Below the pieces are notes generated by a model. The model had not been told where the DNA came from, searched no databases, and was given only the letters and a program-made list of their open reading frames with translations. The position numbers and the translations under genes are program-made. This document shows positions 59,568 to 64,000 of a DNA stretch of 64,000 bases, piece after piece. The DNA is from Promethearchaeota archaeon. GTDB lineage: Archaea; Asgardarchaeota; Lokiarchaeia; Sigyniarchaeales; SOKP01. The stretch spans positions 41,686 to 105,685 of the forward strand of contig JBHLNS010000007.1 in NCBI GenBank assembly GCA_048941285.1, read 5' to 3'. Position 1 is the first letter of the stretch. The number at the start of each line of letters is the position of its first letter.

Positions 59568-60767
59568 TTATTCTGCTAAATCGTGCATTATTAAGCCAGA
59601 GAGAACTTTTGGATCGAACCAAGTAGATTTTGGTGGTAATACTCCTCCTTCATCGGCGATTGATTCAATATCTCTAATATCTACTGGATATAAGTTAATG
59701 AGTAAATCATTTCCTTTTTCTGTTATATATCTTTCCATATCAATAGGATCTTGTGTTCCTCCAACAAAGAAAATATTTTCATCTAAACGAGGATCAACAA
59801 TACCTAAAATTGGTTCTAAAATTTCGTCTTGAACAATAGAAACATCTAGACTATCTCGTTTAGTGTTAAATTTTTTATTTTTAACAGTTAGCTTATACCA
59901 CTTACCTCTTAAACAAATCGCAAACTCATTTTTCTTCTCAGGATTGAAAGCTGTTTCCATATTTATTACCTTAAATTGCTTTTCTAATTTCTTTAAGAAT
60001 TGATCTTCTGCTAATGGCAGTTTTCTAATGATACGATTATAGGGTAGAATTCGAATTTGATCATCAGAAGCGATATATGAGAGTAGATATTGCCAAGGAG
60101 CGTTTATGTCTTCATCTGAACTAGATTTTTTTAATTTTAGTTTACGGTATTCTGCAGCACTAGCCGCTCTATGATGTCCATCAGCGATATAAATCTTTTT
60201 ATTTCTAAATAGATCTACTAATTTATGGATTATTTCAGCATCAGTTTCTTGCCATAAGAGATGATTGTATCCATACTTCCTAAAGTTAAACTTAGGTTCT
60301 TTTTTTTTAATAGTTTCAATTAAAGTATTAATTTTTTTAGTAGCTTGAAAAACTGTCCAAACTAAACCTGCTGCTACATTTGAGGTTACAATATGATTCG
60401 TGCGATCTTTAAGCGGTTTCTCTCGAGTATGTTCATGTTTTACTATATTTCCATCTTCATAATCCTGAAGTGAAACACCAACTATTAATCCTTGATGACT
60501 AAAATCTGCTGATTCCTGGCGATACAAAAATACACTTTGAGTTTGTTCTTTTTTAATGAGTGCTTTCTCTTTAAAATTTTTGTATGCTTTTGCAGCATTT
60601 TCATAAATCATATCCCCTTCCCCATCAGGTAAAATAAGATGGATTAAAGAATTAGGATTCTTTTTTAGCTCTTGTTCTTCTTCTTTGTTAATAATATCAT
60701 ATGGATTGGTGCAAAATTCTTCTGGATTAATCGGTATATATGGTTTTAAAGGAGTTATCAATACCAT
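59568..60767 (-). CDS. DUF1015 family protein (ParB/Srx-like fold)
   Basis: PYD.I, HE.T, YIADGHHR.ASA, LPPKSTWF.PK..SGL; ATG 60767 is the likely start. Confidence 0.85.
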   Translation of the reverse strand: MVLITPLKPYIPINPEEFCTNPYDIINKEEEQELKKNPNSLIHLILPDGEGDMIYENAAKAYKNFKEKALIKKEQTQSVFLYRQESADFSHQGLIVGVSLQDYEDGNIVKHEHTREKPLKDRTNHIVTSNVAAGLVWTVFQATKKINTLIETIKKKEPKFNFRKYGYNHLLWQETDAEIIHKLVDLFRNKKIYIADGHHRAASAAEYRKLKLKKSSSDEDINAPWQYLLSYIASDDQIRILPYNRIIRKLPLAEDQFLKKLEKQFKVINMETAFNPEKKNEFAICLRGKWYKLTVKNKKFNTKRDSLDVSIVQDEILEPILGIVDPRLDENIFFVGGTQDPIDMERYITEKGNDLLINLYPVDIRDIESIADEGGVLPPKSTWFDPKVLSGLIMHDLAE

Positions 60768-60988
60768 AATATTAATTAAAAGCTTCACCAATATATATTA
60801 ATTTTCATAATAAGAAGCATTAAAATTCAATAATTTCATAGTTTAAAATTAGCTTTTTATTTCGAAAATTATTTAAAACTAATCTCTCTTAATAATAACA
60901 AGTCTTATTTAAAAAATTAAATAAATTTTTTAATTATATAAAAATCTTAAAATATCTATTTTAAATTAAATTTAAGAGAAATTTAACG

Positions 60989-61993
60989 ATGCCTAAAGAT
61001 TTAAGAAAAGCTTTGGACAGTATTGAATCCAGCGAAAAAGAAATGGCTAATTTACAAGCAAAAGTTGATAAATTAGTTGCATTAGTAGAACGGCAAAAAC
61101 GTATAATTAGTGAACAAGAGGGTATAATTGAGGAACAAAAAACAAAACTTTCAAAAATGACTGATATTCCAGAGGATATACTTGAATTAAAAGAATTAAT
61201 TGGAGCGCAACGCCAAATTATTAATGAAAAGGAGCTTGAATTAGAGTATGCTAAAGGTGAAGTGGCTCAATCTCAAAAAGAATTAGAATTAGTAAAAAAA
61301 CAAATAGTTCCTACTCAAAGTAAATTAGAAGAAGCTTATGAAACAATGGGTAATTTAAGAACAGAACTAGCTGAAAAAAATTCTGAGTTAATTTTGAAAA
61401 ACGAGGCAATAAAAAATTTGGAAAATAAAGTACAAGAATTAGAAGCATTTACAGATAAATTTAAAGAAGAACAAGTTAAAATGATCCAAGAATTGGAAGA
61501 AAAACATAGAAAAGAAACAATGGAATTAAAAGAAGAAATAACAAAACTCGATACCTTTCTAATGGATAGTAAGTTAATTTCCACTGAAAAAACATCTGAG
61601 GCTAAAGATTTTGCTTCCAGATTTGAAAGTATGAGATCAAAATATGATGAACTAATTGCGAAAGTAGGAGAATTAAGTGATAAAAATCGAGATGCGAATG
61701 AGGAAGTTGAAAAGTTAAATAGGCAGCTTAATGAAATAAGAAATCTCCAAAATGATAATATTGCTAAAATAACTTATTATGATAAATTAAAACCTATAAT
61801 GGAAAAAGAACCCCTTTTTAAAACTTTTTTAATCGTAGAAGAAGTAGGAGGAATATCATTAGAAGATCTTAAAAATGCGTTAGGAATTCCAATAGTAACA
61901 GTAAAAAAAAATGTCCAAGAACTAGAAAATATTGGTCTCATCGAAACAAATGATAGAGGGAAAATTGTAGTAAAAAAAATAGTCGATTTTTAA
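60989..61993 (+). CDS. long coiled-coil protein with C-terminal winged-helix domain
   Basis: ~270-aa heptad rod; ISLEDLKNALG...VQELENIGLIETNDRGKIV. Confidence 0.75.
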   Translation: MPKDLRKALDSIESSEKEMANLQAKVDKLVALVERQKRIISEQEGIIEEQKTKLSKMTDIPEDILELKELIGAQRQIINEKELELEYAKGEVAQSQKELELVKKQIVPTQSKLEEAYETMGNLRTELAEKNSELILKNEAIKNLENKVQELEAFTDKFKEEQVKMIQELEEKHRKETMELKEEITKLDTFLMDSKLISTEKTSEAKDFASRFESMRSKYDELIAKVGELSDKNRDANEEVEKLNRQLNEIRNLQNDNIAKITYYDKLKPIMEKEPLFKTFLIVEEVGGISLEDLKNALGIPIVTVKKNVQELENIGLIETNDRGKIVVKKIVDF

Positions 61994-62084
61994 ACCTCTT
62001 TAATTAAGAATCTAATTTTAGAACTATTTACTTAAAGTAAATTTAATGTTTAGCTAAAAAACTAAATATTAAATAAAAAAAGCA

Positions 62085-62462
62085 TCAAATCTTTGCCAAT
62101 TGTTCATACAAACCAGGTAGAGCTTCATTAAATGTATCATCTGGTATTCTTTCGAGGATTTCAGCAGCAATCGTTTTTAATATCTCCCGATATTTACCCG
62201 GTTTTTCATCTCTTCGAAGCAAAAGAGCAACTACATAGTTTTCTACAGAAATAAAATCTTGTCCAACCCCAGAAAAGAAGGAAACAACCTTATTATTTTT
62301 AAGTGCAATGCTTGCGAAGCCAGGCTTAAGAGATTGATAACGATGGCTGGAATATACTTGCGTTAGTAAATTATTTGTTATTTTTAGAGTATCAGGATAA
62401 AAACCTTCATTGATTGGACCGATTTCATTGTCCCAACGAATTACAAGAATACCCACGGGCAT
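62085..62462 (-). CDS. stand-alone longin/uDENN-like domain protein
   Basis: ILVIRWDNEIGP..YP hairpin; beta-beta-alpha-beta-beta-beta-alpha-alpha layout in 125 aa. Confidence 0.7.
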   Translation of the reverse strand: MPVGILVIRWDNEIGPINEGFYPDTLKITNNLLTQVYSSHRYQSLKPGFASIALKNNKVVSFFSGVGQDFISVENYVVALLLRRDEKPGKYREILKTIAAEILERIPDDTFNEALPGLYEQLAKI

Positions 62463-62736
62463 GATCTTATACCTTTTAATTTACTTATTCTATGACTATT
62501 ATGAAAATTTAATTGTACACATAATAGAATAATACTTATGTTATTAATTTAATATCTTACTTTTATTTATTTCTTATTATTTTTATGTATATCATATCTG
62601 ACTATTAATACTAGTTCAATCCCAAATGCTCTTTTCTCTAAGAAAAAATTTAAATTAAAATTATAACTTTGATTTATTGTCACTCTTAAAAGCTGAGAAT
62701 TACTGTTTTGAAATCGTAATTTCTCGCTTTTATAAT

Positions 62737-62912
62737 GGAGGGATTACCGAGCATGGTCAATCGCCGTTTTACACCAAAATGGGTCAAGACTATAGGTGCT
62801 GGACTTAAGATCCAGTGGCAATTCATCTGCATTTAGCGGTAGAGCCAATAGGCCTTCGTGGGTTCGAATTAAGTAAGGGATTCTCTTATTTATAAAAGTC
62901 CCACTCCCTCCA
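62737..62912 (+). tRNA. tRNA-Leu(UAA) with three non-canonical introns (62761-62793, 62822-62849, 62869-62898)
   Basis: acceptor GGAGGGA/TCCCTCC, anticodon arm CTGGA-CTTAAGA-TCCAG, T stem GTGGG/CCCAC; removing 33+28+30 nt gives an 85-nt class II tRNA. Confidence 0.88.
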
Positions 62913-63034
62913 CACTTTACATTTGCTTTTTCAATCACTTAATTAATTTTATCAATATCTAAAAATGTTTTACTTTAAAAAGTGTAGTCAGAATTTAATT
63001 ATATCTGAAGAATTTTAATAATTTTATATTAAAT

Positions 63035-63235
63035 ATGACAGTAAGAAATTGGAATACTTTAAAATGGGGAAAAAATGGAAGATCAAAAAGAGAAACTATT
63101 GCTAATACTGCCGTTATATTAAAAAATATACTTAATAATGGTTTGAAAGAAAAATTAAATCTAAAAGATTACCAAGCCCCTACAAAAAGACAATTAGAGC
63201 AAAATGGTTATAAGACATATTTAAATGGTACTTGA
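63035..63235 (+). CDS. short hypothetical ORF or gene fragment
   Basis: 66 aa; KW...APT..QL...GY pattern; reading continues RLGLKL past TGA. Confidence 0.4.
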   Translation: MTVRNWNTLKWGKNGRSKRETIANTAVILKNILNNGLKEKLNLKDYQAPTKRQLEQNGYKTYLNGT

Positions 63236-63250
63236 AGATTAGGATTAAAA

Positions 63251-64000
63251 CTATAAAGTTACAAACTCTCGACTACTCGTTTCATATAATTTCTTGACTT
63301 GGCTAAGAGCATCATCAAGACTAAGTCGCTCATCTGGTTCTTTCTTTAGTAAATTCTGCGAAATTTTTAATAATTCGATTAAAGTCTCATTTTCATGTGA
63401 TAGACTCTTAAATTTTAGATTATGAGCGTTTTTTAAATTAATCAATTTCACAAAGTATTGTTCTTCGTCAAAAATATGGTAACCATATATTAATAAATAC
63501 AGGATCGCACCAACTGCATATGCATCCATTTTAATCGAATTATAATCTAAGTTTAAAAGATACTCAGGGGCAGAATATCTAATTGAACCAAGAAAATCTT
63601 GACTTGAATATTGCAGAGTGGTATCACTTAAATCTTTAATCACTCCAAGATCCATGAGTTTGATAGATCCATTATTTAGGATCATAACATTATCGGGCTT
63701 TATGTCACGATGGATAATTCTGTTCTGATTGAGAAAATTGACAACGGAACAAATATTTTCTGACAAATTAATGATTATGTCCGTGTCAATTGGATAATTA
63801 TCTTTTACAAAATTGTTAAGTGTCGTTCCTTCTAAAAATTCCATTAAAAGATAGGGATTCCCATTCGCTGACAATCCATAATAATGCAGTTTAACCAAAT
63901 TAGGATGTTCTAACTTAATTCCCGTCTTAAATTCTCTTTGAATTCTCTTTTCTTGATTTTTTACATGAAGTTTTTCTTTCTTATAGATTTTTATTGCATA
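63251..64000 (-). CDS. Hanks-type Ser/Thr protein kinase (5'-partial, runs off the window)
   Basis: frame open to window end: YAIK..RE...LEHPNLV, HRDIKPDN, DLG, YSAPE, D.YA.G. Confidence 0.92.
   Translation of the reverse strand, partial: YAIKIYKKEKLHVKNQEKRIQREFKTGIKLEHPNLVKLHYYGLSANGNPYLLMEFLEGTTLNNFVKDNYPIDTDIIINLSENICSVVNFLNQNRIIHRDIKPDNVMILNNGSIKLMDLGVIKDLSDTTLQYSSQDFLGSIRYSAPEYLLNLDYNSIKMDAYAVGAILYLLIYGYHIFDEEQYFVKLINLKNAHNLKFKSLSHENETLIELLKISQNLLKKEPDERLSLDDALSQVKKLYETSSREFVTL

Noticed and set aside
3212-61584. Numerous short ORFs nested within or antisense to long genes (e.g. 3212, 4977, 10998, 13256, 15579, 24985, 34984, 37029, 54637, 58608, 61336)
   Set aside because: Shadows of well-supported genes with no motifs of their own
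62744-62938. 64-aa minus-strand ORF
   Set aside because: Antisense to the triple-intron tRNA-Leu
63230-63256. Selenocysteine readthrough at the TGA ending the 66-aa ORF
   Set aside because: Not a Cys-type context and no SECIS seen; a nonsense mutation in a fragment is simpler

Overview
A very AT-rich, gene-dense archaeal chromosome segment, almost certainly from an Asgard archaeon of the Lokiarchaeia type. Evidence: aCPSF1, proteasome beta subunit, BHB-type tRNA introns, an EF-2 paralog lacking the diphthamide loop, and roadblock, longin/uDENN-like and LRR proteins. It holds about 60 CDS and three intron-containing tRNA genes that the ORF track does not show: Gln-CUG with a canonical intron, Gly-CCC with an intron at 53/54, and Leu-UAA with three non-canonical introns. 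Highlights: (1) a 789-aa protein joining Zn fingers, a DDRGK1/UFL1-like winged-helix array and an adaptin/BBSome-like ear-platform module; (2) an inositol-phosphate cluster with a divergent Ino1, four ITPK1-like ATP-grasp proteins, a membrane-anchored glycosidase-like protein and a HAD phosphatase with a strongly basic tail; (3) two unannotated structured intergenic RNA candidates at 28.35-28.49 kb and 34.01-34.11 kb; (4) a tandem pair of head-rod-tail coiled-coil paralogs, the second apparently starting at AUU; (5) a missed 58-aa Cys-rich ORF and a histidine-kinase remnant. No CRISPR array, rRNA or transposase was seen. All homology calls are by eye from motifs; no searches were run.
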